The notes under the pieces are model-generated. The model was not told where the DNA came from, did no database searches, and was given only the letters and a program-made list of their open reading frames with translations. DNA of 39,334 bases from an uncultured Candidatus Saccharibacteria bacterium (GTDB taxonomy: Bacteria; Patescibacteriota; Minisyncoccia; CAYRSW01), in contig CAYRSW010000001.1 of the NCBI GenBank assembly GCA_964427335.1, positions 18,101 through 57,434 of the forward strand, written 5' to 3'. The position numbers and the translations under genes are program-made. Below are positions 18,340 through 26,510 of the stretch, in pieces; positions within the stretch are counted from its first letter, which is position 1, and each line of letters opens with the position of its first letter.

Positions 18340-18981
18340 ATGTCTCAAATCATCACCTACATGGTTACCCAAGGGGTGCCAAAGGAAACAGTCATTCTCA
18401 TTTTAATGCTTCCAATAGTAGCCACTATTATTGCTTTTACTAGACAGGTAATTGGTATTAAGGGTTTTGGTATTTATACCTCCCTTATTATCACTTTTGC
18501 CTTTCTTTCTACGGGGCTTAAGTATGGATTAGCTATTTTTTTTATTGTTCTCATTACTGGGACCTTGATGCGCTTTATTCTTAGACGCTTAAGGCTTCTA
18601 TATCTACCCCGAATGGCTATAGTTTTAACCACAGTAGCCCTGGTAATAATGCTTATGTTTTTAGAAGCAGGTAATTCTCAAAGGGTAGATTTTTTAAAGG
18701 TTTCTATTTTCCCTATCCTTATTATTATCACTTTAGTGGAGAAATTTGTTGCTGCCCAAATTGAGAAGGGTAATCGAGCTGCGGTAATTCTCTCTCTGGA
18801 AACGGTAGCTTTAAGTGTACTTTGTTATTTTGTAGCTGGCTGGCCTTGGCTTAAAGACCTTATTTATTTTTATCCCGAATGGATATTTTTGACCATTGTT
18901 ATAAATATATTTCTGGGTAAATGGGCTGGTCTTCGGTTAAGTGAGTATTTTAGATTTAGGCAGGTTTTGAAACACCGCTAA
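18340..18981 (+). CDS. 7-TM membrane protein resembling the 7TM module usually fused to an inactive transglutaminase
   Basis: 213 aa, about 7 hydrophobic helices. FTRQVIGIKGFGIYTSLIITFAF, FPILIIITLVEKF, YPEWIFL...GKWAGLRLSEYFRFR. Sits next to an alpha-L-glutamate-ligase-like ATP-grasp, as in the known triad. Confidence 0.6.
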   Translation: MSQIITYMVTQGVPKETVILILMLPIVATIIAFTRQVIGIKGFGIYTSLIITFAFLSTGLKYGLAIFFIVLITGTLMRFILRRLRLLYLPRMAIVLTTVALVIMLMFLEAGNSQRVDFLKVSIFPILIIITLVEKFVAAQIEKGNRAAVILSLETVALSVLCYFVAGWPWLKDLIYFYPEWIFLTIVINIFLGKWAGLRLSEYFRFRQVLKHR

Positions 18982-18994
18982 TTTTTTAACTCAT

Positions 18995-19019
18995 CACGAA
19001 TAACGAACTCCTATTCGTG
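18995..19019 (+). terminator. intra-operon hairpin (possible attenuator) before the first ATP-grasp gene
   Basis: CACGAATA (18995-19002), 9-nt loop, TATTCGTG (19012-19019), followed by TATTTTATT. Confidence 0.3.
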
Positions 19020-19031
19020 TATTTTATTAGG

Positions 19032-20357
19032 ATGAGGAAATTTACGAAGAAAACCCAAAGTATTCTAGGTATGAACGCTCGTAACCTTCTTTATCTCTAC
19101 CCTTATAACTCAAAAAGGGCTATTCAGCTTGCTGATAATAAGTTAAGAACCAAAAAAGTGTTAAATAAAGCGAAAATTCCTATACCAGAAGTTTATAATA
19201 TTGTTACCGATAGATACCAATTGGACGAGTTTAATTGGGAGAGCTTACCCAATAGTTTTGTTTTAAAACCCAATCGAGGGTTAGGGGGAGAAGGAATTCT
19301 TATCGTTTATGGAAGAAAAAAGGGTAACGGCAATTGGGTGAAAGCGGATCGAACCCAGGTGGCTATAAGCGATCTCCGCAGTCATGTTCTAAACATTTTT
19401 GAAGGTAATTTTTCTCTCTACGGCATGGGTGACATTGCTTTTTTTGAGCAGCGCGTAAAGATGCATAAGGTTTTTAAACCCTATTCTTTCCGTGGTATTC
19501 CTGATATTAGGGTGATTGTTTTTAATAGAGTACCGGTGATGGCAGAGTTGAGATTGCCGACCGAAGAATCAAAAGGAAAATCTAATCTTCATCTCGGAGG
19601 TATTGGAGTGGGTATTGATATAGGCAGCGGTATTACAACCTTCGCTGTTCGTTATAACGAGCTTATTGAATATGTGCCTGAAAAAAGACTTGCTTTTAGA
19701 GGGATAAAAATTCCTCACTGGCAAAAAGTGTTAGAGCTCGCAGTTGAGGCTCAAGTTTTTTCAAGGGTTGGTTTTTTGGGGGTGGACATTGCTATTGATC
19801 GTGAGTTGGGTCCGATGGTGGTAGAACTCAATGCTCGGGCTGGGCTTTCAATTCAGGTTGCCAACCTCTGCGGTTTAAGAGAGCGGCTAAAAAGAGTTGA
19901 GGGGCTGGAGGTGAAAACAGCTCTTAAGGGAGTAAAGATCGCTCAAGAGCTTTTTGGGGGAGAGGTAGAAGAAGAGCTGGAAGAAATTTCTGGTCGCCGG
20001 GTTATTGGCATAAATGAGCCCATTGATATCCTAGACTCCAAAGGTGAGAAATATAAGACCATTGCCAAAGTAGACACCGGGGCATACCGAACTACACTAG
20101 CCGAGAGTCTAGCAAAGGAATTTGGTTTAGATGAAGAAATCAGACGGAAGATTGTTCGAGGGGCTTTAGGAAGGCAGGAGAGACCGATTATTAATTTCTC
20201 TTTTATTCTTGATAAGAGATTAGTCCAGACAGAAGCCTTTATCGCCGATAGAAGTCAAATGAAGTATGATATTATTGTGGGAAGGAGAGACCTAAAAAGG
20301 TTTTTAGTTGATCCAGCTAAGAATGTTTTAGTAAGGAGAAAGCCGGTTAAAAAATGA
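19032..20357 (+). CDS. ATP-grasp ligase (alpha-L-glutamate-ligase-like / sugar-transfer-associated type) fused to a C-terminal retropepsin-like (RimK-associated) peptidase domain
   Basis: SILGMNARNLLYLYPYN N-terminus, FVLKPNRGLGGEGI, LGVDIAIDRELGPMVVELNARAG. C-terminal KVDTGAYRTTL and DIIVGRRDL. ATG 19032 preferred over the GTG at 19017 used by the track. Confidence 0.7.
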   Translation: MRKFTKKTQSILGMNARNLLYLYPYNSKRAIQLADNKLRTKKVLNKAKIPIPEVYNIVTDRYQLDEFNWESLPNSFVLKPNRGLGGEGILIVYGRKKGNGNWVKADRTQVAISDLRSHVLNIFEGNFSLYGMGDIAFFEQRVKMHKVFKPYSFRGIPDIRVIVFNRVPVMAELRLPTEESKGKSNLHLGGIGVGIDIGSGITTFAVRYNELIEYVPEKRLAFRGIKIPHWQKVLELAVEAQVFSRVGFLGVDIAIDRELGPMVVELNARAGLSIQVANLCGLRERLKRVEGLEVKTALKGVKIAQELFGGEVEEELEEISGRRVIGINEPIDILDSKGEKYKTIAKVDTGAYRTTLAESLAKEFGLDEEIRRKIVRGALGRQERPIINFSFILDKRLVQTEAFIADRSQMKYDIIVGRRDLKRFLVDPAKNVLVRRKPVKK

Positions 20358-21310
20358 TAAAAGATAAAAACACCAATATTATTATCAGAGAGGCTAAAAA
20401 ACTTGGTCTTAGAGTAAAAGTTCTTCAGGAGAAAAGAAAATTTTTAGAATTAAGCATTGGCAGGAAGAAGTTCTTGCTCCAACGAGATTTCCGAATTAAT
20501 ATTGACCGGTTTGGCACTAGGAATATTCCTCTCTTTAAAGATTTAACCTACCTTCTCTGGAAAAGAGAAAAAATTCCTATTCCCAGAACCACCACAGCAT
20601 TTTCTCTCCAAGAAGCAAAAAGGAAACTAAAAGAGATTCCTCGCCCGTGGGTTATCAAAGACGCTGTAGGTTCTCTAAGTAGGTATGTCTGGATTAATGT
20701 CTCCGATTCTCGAAGAGCAATTTCGATTTTTGAAAAACTATTTTCTTCGCTTCGGATTAAAGCAGTGGTTATCCAGAAATTCGTCAAGGGAAGGGAGTTT
20801 CGGGTTTTGGTCCTCAAAGATAAAATTTTAGGCATTGTTGAGCTTACCTGGCCCCTTATTATTGGTGACGGCCGACTACCTGTTAGAAAACTATTAAGGA
20901 ATTTAGGAAAGATTGCGAAATGCGAAATTACGATTGACGAAGATTTAAAAAATTTAATAAAACTTCAGGGATATTCTTTAGATTCAGTGCTGTCCAAAAA
21001 CAAAAAAATATATATTAGGGAACGCTCTTCTCTTAGTGAAGGAGGGAAGATTAGGTCGGTTCCTATTCGAGTTCACCCACACGTCAAACAGATGTGTCTT
21101 CGGGCAACAAAGGCAGTCGGATTAGAATTAGGCGGCCTGGATATCATTGCTGAAAATTTGTCAATGTCGCCCCAGAGCCAAAGATTAAAATTTATCGAAA
21201 TTAATGGACGGCCCGACCTTTGGCTTCATCACCTGCCGGATGAGGGCAAGCCCGTTAACGTAACTCGGGAAATTCTAAAATACATCTTTTTTAATTCCCA
21301 CCATAAATAG
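20354..21310 (+). CDS. ATP-grasp ligase (resembles the cyanophycin-synthetase N-terminal / RimK-type module)
   Basis: WVIKDAVGS, VVIQKFVKGREFRVLVLKDKILG, IIGDGRLPVRKLL, GGLDIIAENL...LKFIEINGRPD. ATGA overlap with the previous gene. Confidence 0.6.
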   Translation: MIKDKNTNIIIREAKKLGLRVKVLQEKRKFLELSIGRKKFLLQRDFRINIDRFGTRNIPLFKDLTYLLWKREKIPIPRTTTAFSLQEAKRKLKEIPRPWVIKDAVGSLSRYVWINVSDSRRAISIFEKLFSSLRIKAVVIQKFVKGREFRVLVLKDKILGIVELTWPLIIGDGRLPVRKLLRNLGKIAKCEITIDEDLKNLIKLQGYSLDSVLSKNKKIYIRERSSLSEGGKIRSVPIRVHPHVKQMCLRATKAVGLELGGLDIIAENLSMSPQSQRLKFIEINGRPDLWLHHLPDEGKPVNVTREILKYIFFNSHHK

Positions 21311-21325
21311 TTATCAAACTGATAA

Positions 21326-22234
21326 ATGCGATTAAAAACTAAAAATTACATCCTTGCTGGTTTAGATTTTATATTTGATGAAAATGATAATCCTTGGTTT
21401 TTGGAAGCAAATGGGCTCCCCAGAAGCTACGAAACTATTATGAAAGAGTTATACGGAAAATCTGAACCCGTGAAAAAGCTTTCCCAGATTATAGATTATT
21501 ATGGGAAAAATTTTTGTATTCTACCTCCCAGGAAAAGAATATTGTTTAAAAAAGATATACCCACTCTCCTCTCCGAATTTAGAAGGTATTTAAAGGCAGA
21601 TATTCATCTCTGCTTTCTTAAAGACAACAAAAATAAAAGAAAAAAACTTTTAGATGAGAATGGTGTTAATATTTATCCCGACAGCATTTTAAAATGTCTT
21701 ACTTCTTTCATGCCAAAAAGCCTCGAGAAATCTCCTGCTTTATTGATTAACCCATTATCTGTATTGAAAATAACAAGGAATAAGTTGTACACGATAGATA
21801 TAGTTAGAAAGAATACTAAAGCAAGAGTGCCTAAAACGTTTCTGATTAAAAACGCATCTGAGGTAGAAAAAATTGTCGAAAAAGAAAACTTTGAATCGTT
21901 TGTTATCAAACCCATACGTGGAACAGGCGGTCATAATGTGTTTGTGCTGTCTAGGAATGAACAAATTCCTAAAATAAAGACACCATTTTTACTGGGACAA
22001 TGTATAAACCCGAAATTAAGAGACAAAAGGCACTGGGATGTAAGAGTTTATCTGGTGAATGGTGAAATGGCCGGCGGCTTTATCAGAGAAACCATGAGCA
22101 AAGTTACAAATATTGCCCGCGGCGCCAATGCCAGCAAAATTACTAAAAAACTTTTGAACAAGCTTATAAGACCTTCAATGGAAATCGTAAGAGCTATAGA
22201 TAAAGAAGCTGAGAAAATTAAATTTAAGAGATAA
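21326..22234 (+). CDS. ATP-grasp ligase, apparently circularly permuted (C-terminal Mg-ATP strand at the N-terminus)
   Basis: N-terminus ILAGLDFIFDENDNPWFLEANGLP. Later FVIKPIRGTGGHNVFVL, HWDVRVYLVNGEMAGGFIRE, NIARGANAS. The protein ends where the E-x-N strand would normally follow. Confidence 0.55.
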   Translation: MRLKTKNYILAGLDFIFDENDNPWFLEANGLPRSYETIMKELYGKSEPVKKLSQIIDYYGKNFCILPPRKRILFKKDIPTLLSEFRRYLKADIHLCFLKDNKNKRKKLLDENGVNIYPDSILKCLTSFMPKSLEKSPALLINPLSVLKITRNKLYTIDIVRKNTKARVPKTFLIKNASEVEKIVEKENFESFVIKPIRGTGGHNVFVLSRNEQIPKIKTPFLLGQCINPKLRDKRHWDVRVYLVNGEMAGGFIRETMSKVTNIARGANASKITKKLLNKLIRPSMEIVRAIDKEAEKIKFKR

Positions 22235-22238
22235 ATAT

Positions 22239-23111
22239 ATGGACCACTTTGCTATAATAGGAGGTGGAAAAAACTACTCTAATACGATTGCAAAAGAGTT
22301 GAGGAACTTAGGTGGAAGAGTTGATGTTCTTCATTGGGCTGCCTTCTTCCCCCTTTCTTATAAACTGGACATTTCCAACTATAATCTTATCTATTTAAGA
22401 ATAGGGGGGACTTTTAGTGTGAGATTTGTTTTAGTTACTCAACTGGAATTAATGGGATATAAACTAATTAATAACCCAAGATCAATTTTTATTACCAACA
22501 ACAAATTTCTTGGCTGCAGTGTAGTGAGGGAAGTGATAAAAGTTCCTCCAACTTTTCTCGTAGGTCGGAAGGAAAATTTAAAGGAGGTCCCTTCAAAGAT
22601 AAATTTTCCTTTTGTTCTAAAGCCTATTGTTAGCATAGGGGGAAGAGGGGTCATTAAAATAGGAAATCAGGAACAATTAGAGGAATATTATAAGAAAGTA
22701 GACCCTCGGCGAATAAAGAAAAGGCCTGTATATGCTCAAGAATTTGTGGATTTTGACAGATTGGTTCGGGTGGTTATGGTGGGGAATGAGGTTATAGATG
22801 CTGCTTATGATGAACTAAAAGAAGGAGATTGGAAATGTTCAGTCTGTGTTAACCCAGATGTGAAACCCTACCCAATAGACAAAAAGCTAAAGAACCTTGT
22901 TTTAAAAGTGAAATCTGTAACAAAACAGGAAATATGTATGTTGGATGTTTTTGAAAAAGATGGGGAATACATATTCAACGAGATAAATAATCAGTGCGAC
23001 CTAAGCTATATGCAGCAAGCAACCGGCGTAAATCACGCCAGGAGAATAGCTGAATATTTAATAAAGGAAGTGGCTAAAAAACATAATGATAAAAGATATA
23101 GAAACTCTTAA
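22239..23111 (+). CDS. RimK-like ATP-grasp ligase
   Basis: FPFVLKPIVSIGGRGVIKI, VYAQEFVDFDRLVRVVMVGNEVI, ICMLDVFEKDGEYIFNEINNQCD. Confidence 0.7.
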   Translation: MDHFAIIGGGKNYSNTIAKELRNLGGRVDVLHWAAFFPLSYKLDISNYNLIYLRIGGTFSVRFVLVTQLELMGYKLINNPRSIFITNNKFLGCSVVREVIKVPPTFLVGRKENLKEVPSKINFPFVLKPIVSIGGRGVIKIGNQEQLEEYYKKVDPRRIKKRPVYAQEFVDFDRLVRVVMVGNEVIDAAYDELKEGDWKCSVCVNPDVKPYPIDKKLKNLVLKVKSVTKQEICMLDVFEKDGEYIFNEINNQCDLSYMQQATGVNHARRIAEYLIKEVAKKHNDKRYRNS

Positions 23112-24570
23112 AACTTTTTTCCGTGAGAAAATAAAGACTCCTGTTTTTGGTGTGGGGGTCTATGCTTTTAATCGGCTGGGGTTGGCTGATGTTATTCCTG
23201 ATTTTAGAGTTTTAGCTTTGCGTTACAGTCTAGATACCGAGCTTATAGAAAAGGACATTGAAGTTTTTCCGCTTGAGAAAGGAATGGGGACTAAGCATAT
23301 CAAGGAGCCAAGGAATGCTACTACTGTCATAAGGCATCCACGGACCGAAAAATATTTAAGAAAATTTAAAAACCCAGCATTAATTGTTTATAAGTCTTCT
23401 TCCCGGATGGAAAAGGTCTGTCAGCAGCGCGGCTGGAATTTAGTTGCCGTGCCGGTAAAGTTTGGCAAAACCTTATTTGAAAATAAAGTAAAATTCCGGA
23501 GAATTCTAGAAGAAATTGGTGTTCCTGTTCCACCGGGCAGAATTAAAAAACCTCAAGCTCTTCACTATGGTCATTTGATGAATAGTTATGGGCTACCTTT
23601 TGTAATCCAACATCCGACCCGAGGAGGAGGAAAGGGAACATTTTTTATCAGAAACAAAGATGATTTTGACCAGGCTTTAAAAAAATTAAGAATAAGAATA
23701 AAAGAAGGCCAGGAATTACCCGCTAAGGAGCCAGAGGAAGTGATTGTTACTCGCTTTATCAAGGGGCCTTCGCCAAGTATTACTGGTTGTGTCACCCGTC
23801 ACGGGATTTTGTCTACTTGTCCTCAAATACAGATTTTGGATATCCCCGAACTTTTTAACCCGGAAAGAGGTTCGGGTCTTTTTTGCGGTCATGACTGGGA
23901 TTATCATTTAAGCGAGGACATTAAGAGACAAGCATATAGTATTGTGGAGAAGATAGGAAAATATTTTCAATCACAAGGATATAAAGGGATTTTCGGCCTG
24001 GATTTCGTTATGGACGAAAAAGAAGAAAAAATTTATGTCATCGAAACTAATCCCCGATTGCTGGCAACATTTCCTACTATCACTATGGTTCAAATTAGAA
24101 ATAATGAACCTCCCATTATGGCTTTTCATCTTTTAGAATATTTAAATATTGATTATGATATAGACATAGCCGAGATTAACCGATTGATAAGGCAATCAAA
24201 GCAAGGAGCCCAGGTGTTTTTGCATAATCTTACGGGAAGATGGACGAGGAATTGTGGGGAGATTAGGGCCGGTGCATACCGGCTAAATCCAAAATTAGAA
24301 TTTGTTCGTCCTGGCTACGCGTTAAAGCATTTGAAGAATGAAGACGAGTTTTTAGTTACTGAAGGAGTGTCTTTCGGAAAATCTCATTTTAGCCCCAACC
24401 GGCGGCTCTGTCGGATTCTCACCTTAAAGGGGGTCCTAGAGGATTATACTAAACTAAATGATTGGGGCCGAGAAGTGGTTACCCAAGTCTATCAAGCCCT
24501 AGATATAAGGCCAGTAAAATTTATTAAATTAAGAAAATTCTTTTCCCCACATTTTTTAGCGAAAGGGTAA
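23086..24570 (+). CDS. large ATP-grasp ligase with N-terminal pre-ATP-grasp domain
   Basis: LPFVIQHPTRGGGKGTFFI, VIVTRFIKGPS, GIFGLDFVMDEKEEKIYVIETNPRL. 26-nt overlap with the previous gene. Confidence 0.7.
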   Translation: MIKDIETLKTFFREKIKTPVFGVGVYAFNRLGLADVIPDFRVLALRYSLDTELIEKDIEVFPLEKGMGTKHIKEPRNATTVIRHPRTEKYLRKFKNPALIVYKSSSRMEKVCQQRGWNLVAVPVKFGKTLFENKVKFRRILEEIGVPVPPGRIKKPQALHYGHLMNSYGLPFVIQHPTRGGGKGTFFIRNKDDFDQALKKLRIRIKEGQELPAKEPEEVIVTRFIKGPSPSITGCVTRHGILSTCPQIQILDIPELFNPERGSGLFCGHDWDYHLSEDIKRQAYSIVEKIGKYFQSQGYKGIFGLDFVMDEKEEKIYVIETNPRLLATFPTITMVQIRNNEPPIMAFHLLEYLNIDYDIDIAEINRLIRQSKQGAQVFLHNLTGRWTRNCGEIRAGAYRLNPKLEFVRPGYALKHLKNEDEFLVTEGVSFGKSHFSPNRRLCRILTLKGVLEDYTKLNDWGREVVTQVYQALDIRPVKFIKLRKFFSPHFLAKG

Positions 24571-24579
24571 AGAGGAATT

Positions 24580-25032
24580 ATGGAGATTAAAAGAGTTATT
24601 ACTAAAAAAAAAGCAAAAGAGGTAGCTGCTTTAATTAACAAATATGCCGGATTTCCTCTTAGGAGAAGATATAATGACATTATCTCTAAAAAAGATAGAG
24701 TTTTCTTTGCTGGATTTTATAAAAGCAGGCTTGTTGGTTGTATTGGAGTAAAAAAAGATTACTTTTATTCTTCTGAGCTGATTAATCTTTGTGTAAAACC
24801 TGAATTTGGGCGTCGGGGTTTTGGTACGAAACTGATTTCAGAAATGACAAAAAGGTTCGGCGAGAAAAGGCCAATATTCTTCAGCACGATAAGAGAAAAA
24901 AACATTGCTTCTCAAGTATTATTTAGAAAACTTGGCTTTAAGAAAATAACCGAGTTCACAAATCCTGAAACCGGCCATAAACTCGGTTTATATTTTTTAA
25001 ACTATCAAAAACAACATGTACATAGGCATTGA
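24580..25032 (+). CDS. GNAT-family N-acetyltransferase
   Basis: 150 aa. Motif A LCVKPEFGRRGFGTKLISEM, then a FRKLGFK-type C-terminal region. Confidence 0.8.
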   Translation: MEIKRVITKKKAKEVAALINKYAGFPLRRRYNDIISKKDRVFFAGFYKSRLVGCIGVKKDYFYSSELINLCVKPEFGRRGFGTKLISEMTKRFGEKRPIFFSTIREKNIASQVLFRKLGFKKITEFTNPETGHKLGLYFLNYQKQHVHRH

Positions 25033-25978
25033 CATCGGCGCTACCAAAATTGCCTTCGGCAGAGTCAAAATACAAAATATTCACCCCGCCCCTCGCGGAG
25101 GGCGGGGCAAGAAATACAAGATACAAGATACTATCAAGATAGAAACCCCTGAGCAGAAGCAGAAGGCTATTGAAGTCATTAAAGAGAACATTAAGAGACT
25201 TATAACTCCGAAGGTTAAAGGCATTGGCATTGGAGCGCCTGGTTCTTTAGACCGAGGGAAAGGTATTATTCACTTCGCCCCCAATCTTTCAGGTTGGAAA
25301 AATTTGGATTTAAAAAAGCCCCTGGAAAAGGAGTTTAAGGTTCCTGTATTTTTTGACAATGATGCTAATTGTTTTGCGCTGGCTGAAAGCCGGTTTGGCG
25401 CTGCCAAAAATCTCGCTTATGTTGTTGGGTTAACTATTGGCAGCGGTTTAGGCGGAGGGATTATTATTGATGGTAGTATTTATCACGGAGCTGATTTTGC
25501 CGGAGAAATTGGGCATATGACCATAGATCCAAATGGGCCGAAGTGTGGTTGTGGCAACCGTGGGTGCTTTGAGGTTTATGTTTCTGGAGGAGCGATTGTG
25601 AGGAGATATAAAGAGTTAACCGGAGTCAAGAAAAATCCGAAGGAAATCGAAGAAGAATCATATAATCGCAGACTGAAGTCTGCTACTCCTGGAGTAGCGA
25701 CCTTAAGGTCGCGATATCCTGCTCTCCAAGTCATCAACGAAACTGGCAAGTACCTAGGCATTGGCTTGGCCAATATCTGTAATATTCTTAATCCAGAAAT
25801 GATTGTTTTAGGGGGAGGGGTGGCAAAAACAAAAACTCTCTACAAACCAGCTATCCGTGAGATGAAAAAAAGAGCCCTTCCTTTTGCTAAGGGGACTCCT
25901 GTAGTTCAATCAAAGTTGGGCGATAAGGCAGGGTTTATCGGTGCAGCACTTCTACTATCGCTTCGGCAAATTTCTTAG
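25016..25978 (+). CDS. ROK-family sugar kinase (glucokinase-like)
   Basis: YIGIDIGATK, FFDNDANCFALAE, GLGGGIII, GEIGHM, zinc motif CGCGNRGCFE. Contains two GC-rich palindromic segments (see findings). Confidence 0.85.
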   Translation: MYIGIDIGATKIAFGRVKIQNIHPAPRGGRGKKYKIQDTIKIETPEQKQKAIEVIKENIKRLITPKVKGIGIGAPGSLDRGKGIIHFAPNLSGWKNLDLKKPLEKEFKVPVFFDNDANCFALAESRFGAAKNLAYVVGLTIGSGLGGGIIIDGSIYHGADFAGEIGHMTIDPNGPKCGCGNRGCFEVYVSGGAIVRRYKELTGVKKNPKEIEEESYNRRLKSATPGVATLRSRYPALQVINETGKYLGIGLANICNILNPEMIVLGGGVAKTKTLYKPAIREMKKRALPFAKGTPVVQSKLGDKAGFIGAALLLSLRQIS

Positions 25979-26510
25979 CTGCTTTTGGTCCATTGCCAGT
26001 GACAATTTTTCCATCAACTACCACATCTTTTGCTTCATAGATTACCCCACTAGCTTCTAAAACCTTTACCATGCTTTTATCTAAAGGAGAAGACCAGACA
26101 GTAGCACGTTTTTCCTTTAAGATTCCCGTTTTTGCCACAATGGCTGGAGCAATACAAATTGCTCCAATTATTTTATTAAGATCGGCTGCTCTCTGGGTAA
26201 TCCTAGTGATTTCTTTATCACCCATATAATTTTGGGCTCCTGGTCCACCAATAAAGACAATAGCATCATATTCCTCTGGTTTAAGGTCTTCTAAAATAAA
26301 ATCAACCAAAACCTCTCCACCGTCAGCCCCTTGAGCAGTTCCTGCTTCAGAGCTTACTGTTTCCACAGTTGCTCCAGCGTTTTCAAAAATTTCTTTAGGG
26401 GTGAAGTATTCTTCGTCTCTAAAATCTTTATAAGCCACAATCATGGCTATTTTCTTGCCCCGCACCTTCTCTTGTAAAATGGTGCGGGGTTTATCGCTTA
26501 TATCAGGCAT
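25935..26510 (-). CDS. DJ-1/PfpI-family protein
   Basis: KKIAMIVAYKDFRDEE, AIVFIGGPG, nucleophile-elbow-like IGAICIAPAIVA. Converges on and overlaps the ROK gene by 44 nt. Confidence 0.8.
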   Translation of the reverse strand: MPDISDKPRTILQEKVRGKKIAMIVAYKDFRDEEYFTPKEIFENAGATVETVSSEAGTAQGADGGEVLVDFILEDLKPEEYDAIVFIGGPGAQNYMGDKEITRITQRAADLNKIIGAICIAPAIVAKTGILKEKRATVWSSPLDKSMVKVLEASGVIYEAKDVVVDGKIVTGNGPKAAKKFAEAIVEVLHR

